IMG/VR virus record: IMGVR_UViG_3300037423_000411
Coordinates: 69,697-133,696 of that record
Length of the DNA: 64,000 nt
Source: a virus
Direction: 5' to 3' (one strand)
The position numbers and the translations under genes are program-made. Of the stretch, positions 25,548-36,900 are shown piece after piece; the first letter of the stretch is position 1; each line of letters begins with the position of its first letter. The notes beneath the pieces were generated by a model that was not told the DNA's origin, searched no databases, and saw only the letters and a list, made by a program, of their open reading frames with translations.

Positions 25548-28500
25548 CTAGAAATAGGTAGTAACGACAACAAGGCCGCCTGCACCATTGATGCCTGTCG
25601 CAACTTGTCCTGTGTTTCCAACTGCATTGGCGCCTGCCGCGCCTCCACCCGGAAACTTTCCGGCTGTGCCGCCGCCTGCACCACTACCCGCGAACATGGC
25701 CGCGCCGCCTCCATAAGGAGACATTCCTCCGTAGTTCTCACCACGAAGAACTGTGTTGGTGGAAGTTCCGTTGTATCCAAGACGTTGCCCACGGCCACCG
25801 TCACCGCCAATCATGTTCACGTCTCCTCCGGAACCAGCACCACCGGCGCCTCCCAGAGCTTGTGCGTCTCCAACTCCACCGGTCATAGAGACGCCTCCAC
25901 CACCACCTGTCGCCGAGATCGAGTTGTAAGAACTGGTTCCTCCAGATGTTCCGGAAGCACCCTGACCTAGCCCTGCGGCACCTACAACAACAGCTTCCGT
26001 AGCACCCAAAGCCGACGCGAGGTACAGCTTCCGTGAGTAACCGCCTCCACCGCCTCCACCTCCGATAGAGGAGGCTCCAGTCGTAGCGCTTGCCCCTGCA
26101 GCGCCACCGCCTCCACCCCCACCCCAGACCTCAGCAACAACCCACTTCGCCTCAGCTGGCTTGGTCCACGTGCCGTTGCTCGTGAAGGTCTGAATGTTGC
26201 CTGGGGCACCGCTGATGTTGTAGCCGTTGCGAAGGATCGTGTTGTCGCCTGAGATGATCAAGTTGCCGTCAGCACTCTTGATCTGAGCAGGGTTGGCGTT
26301 CGGGAAGTTGTTCGTGGTCGGAGGGTTAGCTCCTGCCGTACCGATCACGAGCAACGTGGTCGGAGCAACAGTCGTCGTCTGCAAGTGGTAACTCGTACTG
26401 GCCGGTGCCGAAGCACCTCGCGTCATGTAGAGACGTGTCGTGTTCGGGTCATCCGTACCTGGTCCGGTCGGCACCGAAGGCGGAATGTAGAGATGCGCAG
26501 CTCGACGGAAGCCGGTGTAGCTCTTGGCCTTCGTGAGGTCCACAGCCGTTTCGTGCGTGCCGCCCGTCGCGTTGGAGTCGTAGAACGTCACGGCACCCCA
26601 GAACGTGCTGGAAGTGACCGCAGGGTCCCACTGCTGGTCGGTGTGCTTGTACATGTACCCGTCGCCACCGAACGTCCAGAAGCACAGGTTGAACGCATCC
26701 CAGGCGATCGCACGTCGGTTCGACGTCGGAGACTCCCACGTCTCCGCGTCCTTGTTGGCACTCGCCCAGTTGTTACCTGAGCCACCCGGATAGAGGTTTC
26801 CACCAGAGACCGTCAGGCTCTGAACGTTGTAGTTCACCCCTCGGTGCGAGACCGCGTAACGACCGGTACCAGCACCGAAGCCGAGCGAGTCGAATGGTGC
26901 CGTACACAACGAAACGTTGGCACTGAAACCGGTCGTGCTCGTGTACGAGGAGAAAGCCGCGCCCAGGTTCGAGCCGTCACCGGTCGGCGTGTAGAACTTC
27001 ATGCTCAGGTCGTCGGTGTTGATGACTTCGAGGACACCAATATCGTTGCCCTCAGTCACCAACGCAGGGGACACAACACCGTTCTGCCTGCTGTAGCGGT
27101 TGAAGCCGCTCGTGCCCTGTGGACAGTGCAGGTAGTAGGTGTTCGCCGTACCGCTCGGAATCCACCGAGCCATTCGGTAGACACCGTTCTTGGCCGACGT
27201 GGATGTGGTGATCTCGACCACCGAGTAGTACGCCCAGTCGGTGGCATCGGTGAAGTAGGTGCTGCCCGCGCCGTACGGTTGAGGTGCACCATCACTCACC
27301 CGGAAGAACCAAGATCTGGTGCCGTTCGAGCGCACCTGATGAATCACCCAGTAGTCGGTGGTGAAGTCCTTCCACTCGATGCACTGCACTTCGGTCGGCA
27401 CCAGATCGAAGGTTCCGAGAGGGCCGGTCTTCTGCGCAGTGGTCAACGTCGACGTCGTCATCAGGATGGACTGCCACGTTGGACTGAGCTGAGGCGTCGC
27501 GTTCGGACTCACGGTGCCTTGCCGCAGCGTCACAACCGCGTTGGTCGTGACCTCGGTAGCACCTTGCAGGCTCGCAGCTCCCGACACGGTGAGCGATCTG
27601 GCGATGAACTCACCGTCCAGCACCATGTTTTCGCCAGAAGTGGTCGGGATCGAGATCATGACCGATCCGTCGCTCTTGTAGCCCTTGATGCCGAACATGC
27701 CGGTTTCTACGCGCTGTCCTGTCTCAGCGGTCTTGAAGGTGCCGGACATGATGACGGTGGCCGCGAACAGGTCACCGGTGATGGTCCCGGCCACGATGTT
27801 CTCAGCCGTGACGGCTTTGACCGCGATGTCCGGGCCCGTGACCTGCTCAGCTGTCGCAGGAGCTTGCAAGCTCTGCGCTGCCGCACCGTCCACGTCGAAC
27901 GCGATGATTCGCACGTAGTACGTCGTGTTGTAGTCGAGCGCACGTGGATCGGGCGAGCCCTCAGGAGGCTCAGGTCCTGCGAGCTGCCGAACTGCGAACT
28001 GCGTACCGGTAGTGGTACCGACAGTGGTCGAATCACCGAGGGTCGCCGTGAAGCCGAGCGTCGTAGAGACGTGAACCTCGTAGTTCACCAGGTCGTGGTT
28101 CGTGATGGCGCTCCACTTGACGTAGAACATCCCGAGACCTGACACGGTGACCGGCGTCGGAGAGCTGGCCGGGGGGAGACCGTCCGAGACGACTGCGTTG
28201 GGGTCGATCTGTCCTGTCTGGATCTTCGACGGAGCTGCGTTGCCCTGTGTGGACGAAGCAGAGATGTTGCCTGCCTTGTCGATCGCACGCATCTTGATGT
28301 AGATCTGCGTGCCGAAAGCACCCTGAACGAAGTAAGTCCCTGCCTTGTTCAGCGTCCCGGCAAGAGAGGAGCCTCCTGCCCCGATCGTGAAACCGGACGT
28401 CGAGGACTGCCAGATCTCCACGCGATCCAGGTCATTCGGCATCGCCACCGGCGTACCTGAGACCGTCCCCAGTCCGTCCCACTTCACGGCAACCGAGGCG

Positions 28501-30107
28501 TACGCCGCCGCGACCACCGGAGCAGATGGCTGCGGAGGAGCTGACGTGTCGACCGCGACCGTGTGAGTGATCGTAGTGGAGAAGCCGGAACGGTTGGTCG
28601 AATTGTCGACCGTTCGAACCTTGACTTCGATCTGTCGTCCAGGTGCGACCGGTGACCAGCTGAACGTGTTGTCCGTCGCCGGAAGAGCGGGACTGAAGTT
28701 CACGTCACCGACGTACCGCCAGAACAGCTCGTAGCCGTCCAGGTCGGTCAGCGTCGAACCGCCTACGTTGGTCGTGGGAGGCGTCCAGGTGGCCGTGACA
28801 GCTGCTACGTACGCACCACTGGCGTCTACGAAGGTGGCACTGGTTACGCCGCCAGAGACCAACGTAGGGGCATTGGGGATCGAAGTGTCAGGACTGGTCG
28901 GCAGAGAGCTGTAGCTACTGCCACTGCCACCGTACCCGTCGATCTTGCGCTGAAGCTTGACGTCGTTCTCTTCGATGATGGAGTTCAGCGTCATGCCGAC
29001 CGTGACGTTACGACTCTCGTCCACCGAGAGCGCCAACTGCCGGATACGCCGCTCCAGAGGCGCCTGATCAGTGTCGAAACGAACCCACACCCAATCGGAG
29101 GTGGTGAAGTCCTTCCACGGGTTCAAAGCCGTCAGAGCAACGCCTACGGTCTCTTCGGTGTTGATCTTGCCGACCAGCTGAAGTTCGGCGTCGGCAATGA
29201 TGGTCAACGTTCCCGAGTCTGCGATACCGCCCTGACTGACGAACCGCTCACGGCGTCGGCCGATGATGGTCTGCGCACCGGAGCTGTGACGCTCAACCGC
29301 AGTACCTTCCTCCCCCGCGATCAGAACCGTCGAAGCCGCGTCGGTGCTGTCCGTGGCCTTCGTCATATCCGTGACGTTGGCTGCCGGGCGGATCTCCACA
29401 GTGCCGATCGAGACGTGGTTACCGAAGGTGCCGCCGTTCTGAACGACCAGGTTCCAGCCGTCCAGACGCATGTCGATGAACCCATGTGCGATGTGGTCCT
29501 GTGCGACCTGAAGGTAGGTCGTACCGTTCTCCAGGTTCTGGTCACCCGTGGTCAGCGCCCACGCGGCACCGTCCGACGCGTTCGTACCGGAGAAGCCGGT
29601 CTCCACGATGTTGGCGATGCCGGACGTCGAGCCGGTTCCCGAGGCACGCGTCTTCGCGCGTGCGATGAGCGTGCGCCAGATCGTACCGGCCGTCGCATCC
29701 ACGAACTGATGCCCGGCAGGCGCGGTGACAGGCCAGTTCGACGGATAGACCAGTGCATCTTCGAGAAACACTCCCAGCGTCGAGCGACCCGTCAGCTGCC
29801 GGTACCGAACACCGTCCTTGACCTTGTCGTCACTCGTGGAGTCGATGACGTACCGCTCGATTTCGGTAGACGTACCGTCGTCGTACAGCACGACTGCTCC
29901 GACCAACGAACCGTCAGCAAACCCCAGCGTGTTCGCGCCTGAAAACGTCACTCCGTTCTCGTCCACGAAGTCGTACACCGGATACGACATCTGGAAGGCA
30001 CCGATGTCGTTGTACTTGGTGTCGTTGGCAACATTCGCGAAGGCAGGCAGGAGTGAGTAACTCGTAGCCGTGCTGTTGTAGAGACGGTATTCGACAGCAA
30101 CGATCAT
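25548..30107 (-). CDS. Minor tail / central fibre-receptor-binding protein
   Basis: Follows the distal tail gene; FN3-like repeats (VTATWTPP...IEVKVRTVD, YYVRIIAFD); Gly-rich C-terminus (TFTSNGTWTKP...GGGGGG). Confidence 0.85.
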   Translation of the reverse strand: MIVAVEYRLYNSTATSYSLLPAFANVANDTKYNDIGAFQMSYPVYDFVDENGVTFSGANTLGFADGSLVGAVVLYDDGTSTEIERYVIDSTSDDKVKDGVRYRQLTGRSTLGVFLEDALVYPSNWPVTAPAGHQFVDATAGTIWRTLIARAKTRASGTGSTSGIANIVETGFSGTNASDGAAWALTTGDQNLENGTTYLQVAQDHIAHGFIDMRLDGWNLVVQNGGTFGNHVSIGTVEIRPAANVTDMTKATDSTDAASTVLIAGEEGTAVERHSSGAQTIIGRRRERFVSQGGIADSGTLTIIADAELQLVGKINTEETVGVALTALNPWKDFTTSDWVWVRFDTDQAPLERRIRQLALSVDESRNVTVGMTLNSIIEENDVKLQRKIDGYGGSGSSYSSLPTSPDTSIPNAPTLVSGGVTSATFVDASGAYVAAVTATWTPPTTNVGGSTLTDLDGYELFWRYVGDVNFSPALPATDNTFSWSPVAPGRQIEVKVRTVDNSTNRSGFSTTITHTVAVDTSAPPQPSAPVVAAAYASVAVKWDGLGTVSGTPVAMPNDLDRVEIWQSSTSGFTIGAGGSSLAGTLNKAGTYFVQGAFGTQIYIKMRAIDKAGNISASSTQGNAAPSKIQTGQIDPNAVVSDGLPPASSPTPVTVSGLGMFYVKWSAITNHDLVNYEVHVSTTLGFTATLGDSTTVGTTTGTQFAVRQLAGPEPPEGSPDPRALDYNTTYYVRIIAFDVDGAAAQSLQAPATAEQVTGPDIAVKAVTAENIVAGTITGDLFAATVIMSGTFKTAETGQRVETGMFGIKGYKSDGSVMISIPTTSGENMVLDGEFIARSLTVSGAASLQGATEVTTNAVVTLRQGTVSPNATPQLSPTWQSILMTTSTLTTAQKTGPLGTFDLVPTEVQCIEWKDFTTDYWVIHQVRSNGTRSWFFRVSDGAPQPYGAGSTYFTDATDWAYYSVVEITTSTSAKNGVYRMARWIPSGTANTYYLHCPQGTSGFNRYSRQNGVVSPALVTEGNDIGVLEVINTDDLSMKFYTPTGDGSNLGAAFSSYTSTTGFSANVSLCTAPFDSLGFGAGTGRYAVSHRGVNYNVQSLTVSGGNLYPGGSGNNWASANKDAETWESPTSNRRAIAWDAFNLCFWTFGGDGYMYKHTDQQWDPAVTSSTFWGAVTFYDSNATGGTHETAVDLTKAKSYTGFRRAAHLYIPPSVPTGPGTDDPNTTRLYMTRGASAPASTSYHLQTTTVAPTTLLVIGTAGANPPTTNNFPNANPAQIKSADGNLIISGDNTILRNGYNISGAPGNIQTFTSNGTWTKPAEAKWVVAEVWGGGGGGGAAGASATTGASSIGGGGGGGGYSRKLYLASALGATEAVVVGAAGLGQGASGTSGGTSSYNSISATGGGGGVSMTGGVGDAQALGGAGGAGSGGDVNMIGGDGGRGQRLGYNGTSTNTVLRGENYGGMSPYGGGAAMFAGSGAGGGTAGKFPGGGAAGANAVGNTGQVATGINGAGGLVVVTTYF

Positions 30108-30108
30108 G

Positions 30109-30960
30109 TCAGCCGTTCACCCACTTGCGCCGAGCAACGATTCCGAACTTGGTGTTGGTGCCTCCTGCGGTACCTGTCAGCACCAACTGCGGAGTCGTAG
30201 ACGAGCCGAAGACGTTGGAAATAGTGAGGAAGCGGTAACCGCCTCCGTGTGTAGTACTGCTCAAGACGTTCGTCGCACCGACGAGAGACGTGAACGCGCC
30301 ACAATCCACAGTCCAGACAGCACTGCTTGCCAACGTGCCGGTGTACTGCACGTACTGCCCGGTCTCGGAGTCGGTGATGCGGGGGTTGGTGATCGGACCC
30401 GTCACCGACAGCACCGAGTCTTCGATGACACCGGTCATGTTGTCGAAGCTCGTCAGCGAGAGCGTCTTGGGAAGTGTCGAGCCTGTCGCTGTCTGCTGCG
30501 AAGTGTCGGTCTCGTCCTTCCAGAAGACGCCAGGGATGGAGAACCCCATTGTCCACTCCGCACGTGTACCGTCCGCCTGAACAGTCGGCTCTCCCCAGTC
30601 GGTCCACTGAGCGAGGCACTGGCGAATCGACCCATCAGGCTGCCAGGCACGGATCGTGGACAGCTTGTGCCGACGCAGGAACATCCTCTGCATCTGCGCG
30701 ATATTGGTGCGCATCTGCTGCTGACGAAGCGTATGCGTGGTAGGGAAGGTGCCGTTGCTGTTGGCACCGGTCACCCATACCGAGAGAACTCCTATGCCAG
30801 CGTCGTACGGCTTGTTCGGAGTGAAGACATACCCCGAGCGTCCTGGCAGTACGAGATCGTCACCTCGAACAGGAGGCATCGAAAAACGCCCCGTCTGCGT
30901 AGATACGTTCCACGCAGACGTGCGCATGTTGATGCCGTCGATCTCAAGACCGAGAGTCAT
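30109..30960 (-). CDS. Distal tail (Dit)-like minor tail protein
   Basis: Immediately after the tape measure; RG.DL.LPGR, VTGPITNPRI motifs. Confidence 0.8.
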   Translation of the reverse strand: MTLGLEIDGINMRTSAWNVSTQTGRFSMPPVRGDDLVLPGRSGYVFTPNKPYDAGIGVLSVWVTGANSNGTFPTTHTLRQQQMRTNIAQMQRMFLRRHKLSTIRAWQPDGSIRQCLAQWTDWGEPTVQADGTRAEWTMGFSIPGVFWKDETDTSQQTATGSTLPKTLSLTSFDNMTGVIEDSVLSVTGPITNPRITDSETGQYVQYTGTLASSAVWTVDCGAFTSLVGATNVLSSTTHGGGYRFLTISNVFGSSTTPQLVLTGTAGGTNTKFGIVARRKWVNG

Positions 30961-30961
30961 C

Positions 30962-33900
30962 TCACGCCTCCTTCGTGGCGTTGGCGCCGCTGATCACGCT
31001 CTGGCGCTGAAGGACCTTCGTCAGACTCTTCGTGCTGGATTCAGCGACCGGGTTGTGAATGTCGATGTCCCACTGGTTCACGACACCGGCATTGATCGAT
31101 GCCCCTGCCGATCCGGTGCGCAGAGCGCCACTCGCGTTCGGGATACGTACCTGCGGAGTGCCTGCAAGAGAGAACTGGTTGACCAGACCCCCGGCCGCGA
31201 ACTTCTGCGGGTTGTTCAGCCACTGCACGGTGTCGAGACCCAGGGCCTGCACCGCTGCCTTGCGCAGCACGAATTCTCCCGGCGTGAGCATCGCCGGAAC
31301 CGTGTCGCCGGAACCGTGGCCTGGCACCTGACCGCCCGTCGCCGCGTAGAACGTACCGGCGCGGAACGAGGCGATATCGGCCTTCAACTTCGTCTGCTTC
31401 GAAGAGGGAATGCTCTTCAGCCTGCCAAGAGAGGTCGCCTTCTCGAACAACAGAACCGTGTCGAGATCTGACAACCCCAGCGCACGGGCAACATCGCGCA
31501 AGCCCATCGCAGCAGCCGAGCCTGCAAGGGTGCTGATCATCGTTAGCAGGTTGGCCTGATCCTCGGCCGTCAGCAGATTGGCCTGCTTGATCTGACCATT
31601 GAGGATCGTGGCAACCGTCTTGTTCTGCGACGCCGACTGCGCGATGTTGTAGCCCTCGTCAACGCCCTTGTCCAGCAGGTCCTTGACCAGGTCCGTCAGG
31701 CCCCACGTGCTCAGGATCTCCAGGTAGCCATTGAACTCGTTGAGCTTCTTGTTCGCCGCGATCGCGTTCTGCGCTGCCGTCTCCACCGGCGTGAAACCGC
31801 CTAGCCACGGGCGGTACTCCAGAGGATCGTGCGGAGTGCCGTACACGTGCTCCAAGACGTGCTTCATCGCGGCGCGCGAGTTGCCGTTCCAGACCTCGCC
31901 TTGCAAACCAAGACCCAGCGCCTTGTTCAAGACACCGACGTAGCTGTACAGCTCGCCGCGCTTCTGCCGGTAGCCCTTGTCCAGAGCCGACCAACGAGCC
32001 GCAGGCATCGTCTTCGTGGTCGACGCCCGCATACCCTCCCAGACCTTCATCATGGTCGCGTCGTTCACGTGCAAGTAGTCGCGTGCAGCGACGTAGCTCT
32101 TGACCGCTCCGGTACGCAGGAAGTTGGCCAGCTTGGCGTAGCGCGGGTCCCGGTTCGGGAGAGTCCAGGTGTTCGACAACTTCTTCCACGCACCCGGCTG
32201 CCGGATGACCTTGTCGAATCCGGAATCCCAGAGACCGTACGTCGCCGCAGCTCCTGTCGGCATGTTCAGCAGGTACCGAAGAGCACGAACGGTCGTACCG
32301 GTCATGCCCTTGTGGATACCGAGCACCGGGCCACCAGCGTGGAAAGCCTGAATGCCGTTGTCGGTCGGCTTGAGCTTGCCTGCCTTCTTGTTGTTCAGCG
32401 CCTGCAGCTTGCGTAGACCGATGCTCTTGACAACGTCCTTACGCAAGACGAACTCACCCGGCGTGAGCATCGCCGGAACCGTGTCCCTGTTGCCGACGCC
32501 CATGACGTGACCACCGGCCGCGAACGCCTGCGGCACGACACCACCTGACGCGTACCAGCCGTGCATCTCGTGGAAGGACTGAGCGGCAGCAGGGTTCCCG
32601 TACCGCTGCTTGATGTAGGCCAGACCCATGTCGGTCTGTGCACCAGGATCAGAAGTCTTGTGACCTCCGAATGCCCCCCACGTAGAATCTAGGAACTGGA
32701 ACAATCCGTAGGCCGAACTGTTCGGGTTCTGCGCGGTCGGGTTCCAGCTGCTTTCCTTGTTGATGATCCACTGCAGAGCACTCCAGTTCTGCCCTGTGTC
32801 CCAGCCGTACTTGGCCGCGTGCTGCTGGACAAGCGAGTGCAGTTCCTTGGAACCACCAGTGCTGCCGTCGTTGCCGAAGATGTCTCCGAGGAAGTTGCCG
32901 ACCTGACCCTTGATCACGTCGGTCATCGCAGAGAACGCCATCTCCGGAACCTTGGACAGAACCTGCGTCAGGACACCGTTGCCGAATTTGGCGAACATGT
33001 CCTGAACCGGAGCCGCAATCTTGTCCTTCAGGTAGCCCAACGGGTTGCCGATGGCATCTTTCACCCAGCCGACCAGGTCGGACAGGAAGCCGCCGCCACC
33101 CTTCTGCGCAGCTGCAATATCCGCTGCGGTGATACCCAGCTCGTTCGCAAGGTTGGTGTCGATGGCAACACGAGGACCGTCGTCCTTGCCGCCAAGACCA
33201 TTGCCACCGGCGAGATATGCAGCAACCTGCTTCTTGGCCTGCTCGGACTCGGTCGGGTCGCCCAGAGCAACGATGTGGACGTGATCTGCCCACGGTCCCT
33301 GCGAAGGGTTCCGGTGCCACGCCGCGAAGCCGACCCGGCGAAGATCTGCGACCTGCGTGTTAGAACCCGTCCATCCGAGGTCCAGCACACCGCCACCAGC
33401 GTGCGTACCACCTGACGCGGCAACTGCCGTCGAGTACGAGCCCTGCGTGATGCTGAACTGTCCGCCGTAGAGCTTCTCGGCCGCAAGCAGCATCTTGATC
33501 GTCCGGTAGTTCATCCGCTTGCCACGGAAGGTGGTCGGAGAGAAGTCACCACCGCCGCCTTCGGTGACACCACCGTTGGCGAAGCCTCCGAGATACCGCT
33601 GAACGCCCTTCTTGCCGCCCCTGCGAGCTGCTGCGTTCATCCGGTCGACTTCATTCTTGCCCACGGCACGCGTCCACTCCGGACGCATGATGGCCTCTCC
33701 ACCGGAGACACCGATGTAGCCGATGTCACGACCAGGTGTGTAGCCGGGATAGACACCACCGGTGGCGAACGCAGGCGCCGGAATGTGCGGGATATTGAGC
33801 TTGTCGTTGCCAGTGACCTTGCTGATCAGGCTGTTGAACCCGTCGATCAGACCCGCATTCAGGACTGTGTTGATCACAAAGCTGATCGGGTCTGCGAAGA

Positions 33901-36900
33901 CACCTCGAATACGATCGATAGCTCGCGTCAGACCGTCGACAAAGTCATTCGCACCGAGCTTGACGGTATCCCACAGGTCTTGGAAGAAGTGCTTGATCTG
34001 CGGCCCAAGCGTGTTCCAGACAGCCAGAGCACCAGTCAGAGGAGCCGACAGCAGACCGAGCAACTGGGACCAGTGACTCTTGACGTAATCCAGGACTTGC
34101 TGGAGTACGTCTGTCGCCTTCTTGCTGAAACGCGACCAGTTGCCTGTCATCCACAAGATGGCACCGGCGAAAGGATTGATCAGAGTAAGAAGCAGGGCAG
34201 GCCAGTTCTTGAGCACCCAGTCCAGGAACTGCTGAAGCTTCTTCGACAACCAGTCGATGGTGCTACCGAACGTCTTGAGAGGACTGGTGTCACCCCACGA
34301 ACCGCCTCCTCCACCCTTCGAGGAAGAGTCGTCTCCGCTGAACCACTGAATCAGCGCCTTCAGAGTCTCAAGAGCCGAGTTCATCAAGCCGAGACCGGAA
34401 GGTGCCCCACCACCTACCAACGCCAGGAAATCGGCCAGCTTCTTGTGCGCATCGTCGGTACCACCGATGCCCGGCAGCAGGCTGACGAAGTACGCAACGT
34501 TGTCTACGAAAGCCGTGAACTGCGTGAAGTACGAGTCAAGCCACGCGCCGATACCGACCAGGAGATCGAGAATCGTACCAAGACCTGTGCTGCCAGCGTG
34601 CTCGAACGCCCCGGTAAGGGCAGGGATGATCTCGTTGGCAAACCGGTCCCAGAACTTCTGGATGCCAGGATCTGCCGCGACTTTGAGCATGCTGCCAACA
34701 ATCGAAGCAACACTGCGAGCAATAGCCTGCGCAGCGGGTGCAACGTCTTGGAACCACTTCTTGATGCGCTCCTGGCCCTCCTTGCTGTTCGCCCAGTCGG
34801 CGAACTTCTGCATCGTGGTCGCAAGATTGTCGAGGAACTGCTTGCCTACGCCCTTGCTCGCCTTGCCGATACCGAGCAGGCCCTTGGCGAAGTTGAAGAG
34901 CAGCTTGCCAACGACCTCAAGAGTCTGCTTGGCCTCATCGAAGAAGTCGGTCAGCTTCTTCTGGTTCTTCTTCCCAGAAGTCATCGCCTTCCACTGCTCG
35001 GTCCAGCCTTCAGCAGTCTTGGCCAGCCACTCATTGAACGGTCGACTGGCGTCCGCGATGTTGAAGAAGACCTGAACCAGGTTCGCGACGATCCTGCCGA
35101 CGTTGCCCATGATCTTCGCGGAACTCTCAAGAATCCGCGACAGCTGACCCCGGAAGATCGGGCTCTTGGTGACGTCGGCAACCTTCTTCGCCGCGTCACC
35201 GATGGCCCTACCCATCTTCTCGACAGCTGGGGTGATGATCGGAGCAAGTTGAGCGAAGGTCGACAGCGCCTGACCAAGTCCTGGGAACAGGCCCTTCTGA
35301 GCCGCTAGCCGGATCTGGTCGAAGATAGGCTTCAGCTTGAGGAGCAGAGCAACGAACGCCTTGCCCTCAGGTCCCAGCTGAGCCATCGCGTCCGTAAGCT
35401 TCTGCGTCGCGTTCGCAGTAGTGAGGGCAGCTTCCTTCTGGTTGTCATAGGCATCAGCAAGATTCTCCTGAGCCTGCTGCACTGCCTCTGCCGCGTCTCG
35501 TTGCTCCTTGGACCTCGCCTTCAGCGCGTCGGCAAGAGCTGTCTGAGCTTCCGTAATAGACCGCTGAGCTTCGACCTGCTGCTTCGCTTGCTCCTTGACC
35601 GCCTGTGCAAGGGCATACTGCGCGTCCTTGACCCCTTCAAGCGCGTTGCGCTCTTGTGTCTTGGCCTGTACGACGGCGTCTGAATTCTCGACACCCTTCT
35701 TCTGCGCGTCGGCGTAATCAGCCTGAGCCTGCTTCGACTGCTTCTTGACGTCCTTCAGAGCAGCCATCGCGTCTTCGACGGCCAGTTCCGCTTCCTGCTT
35801 CTGCAGACGCGTCGCGTTCGGATCTGCCATGACCTCGGCAAGCCGCTGCTTCGCCTCTTCGAGGTCCAGCGACGCGTGCTTCTCCGACCGAGCAGCATCA
35901 TCCACAGCCTGCTGCAGATCCTGAATGTTCCGGATCGCATCCTTACGCGCCTGCGTCAGGTCCTTCTGAACCTGAATCGAGTTCTCTTGCGCGTCCCGAA
36001 GAGACCGTTCCGCCATCGTCACAGAATGAGCTGCTTGCTCCTGCCCATCAGCAGCCGCCTGCCGCGCATCTGCCAACGACTGGATGGCACTCTTGACACT
36101 ACGATCAGCGTTGATCTCGCCCTGAGCCTGAGCCTCCTTGGCATTGCGCAGAGCACGAAGAGCATCTCGAACCTGCCGAGCCGCTTGCTTCTGTGCCTTC
36201 GCTGCATCCTTCGCAACCTTGCCAGCGTTCTTCTGCGCGTTGAGTGACTCCTTGACCGCGTCCGAGACGCCCATGAAGGCGGCTGCCAGCACACCCAGGG
36301 TGAAAACACCGCCAGCAATGGCACCAGGAAGCGCACCGAGCAGACCAACCAGCGGACTCAACGCCGAAACCAGAGCAACAGCCGCCGCTCCTACAGAGAC
36401 CAGCGCCCCGACCAAGGCATTGAGCAAGCTCGCCAGAATCGGTAGTGCCGCGATGATGGCAAGGAAGATCGGTGCGACCGTCGCCGCACTGGAGGCCATC
36501 TCAGCCATGCCCTCGGAGACCTTGCCCAGCACACCACCGATACCGGACCCTGCACCCTGCAGAGCGTCCATAACGCCGTTGACACGCTTGGTGGCGCTCT
36601 CCAACTCGGATGCAGCAGACGCAGATGCCTGCATCGCGCTCGCCACAGCCAGCTCTGCCCTACGAATGCGGTCATCGTCGTGGCCTTTGCGAGCAGACAA
36701 GAGTCGCCGCTCAGCCGATTCCAGGCGATCCACAGCACGCGCCGAACTGATACGAGCATCCGACAACGAGAGTTCGGCCTTACGCCGTGACTCGGTGTTG
36801 CCTGCAGGAATGTTGTTCAGCCGCTCCTCGGCCTTGACCAGGTTCAGTGCGGCACGTTCTGCAGCATTGGCAGCACGCTCTCGCGCCTGAGAAGCAGCCG

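Noticed and set aside
30104-30619. 171-aa minus-strand ORF overlapping the distal tail gene
   Set aside because: Alternative-frame ORF with Arg-rich, non-coding-like composition
31240-33760. Near-identical DNA repeats in the tape measure (DTVPAMLTPGEFVLRK) as a DGR template/variable repeat pair
   Set aside because: This is a common in-frame TMP motif; no reverse transcriptase and no adenine-specific mismatch pattern seen
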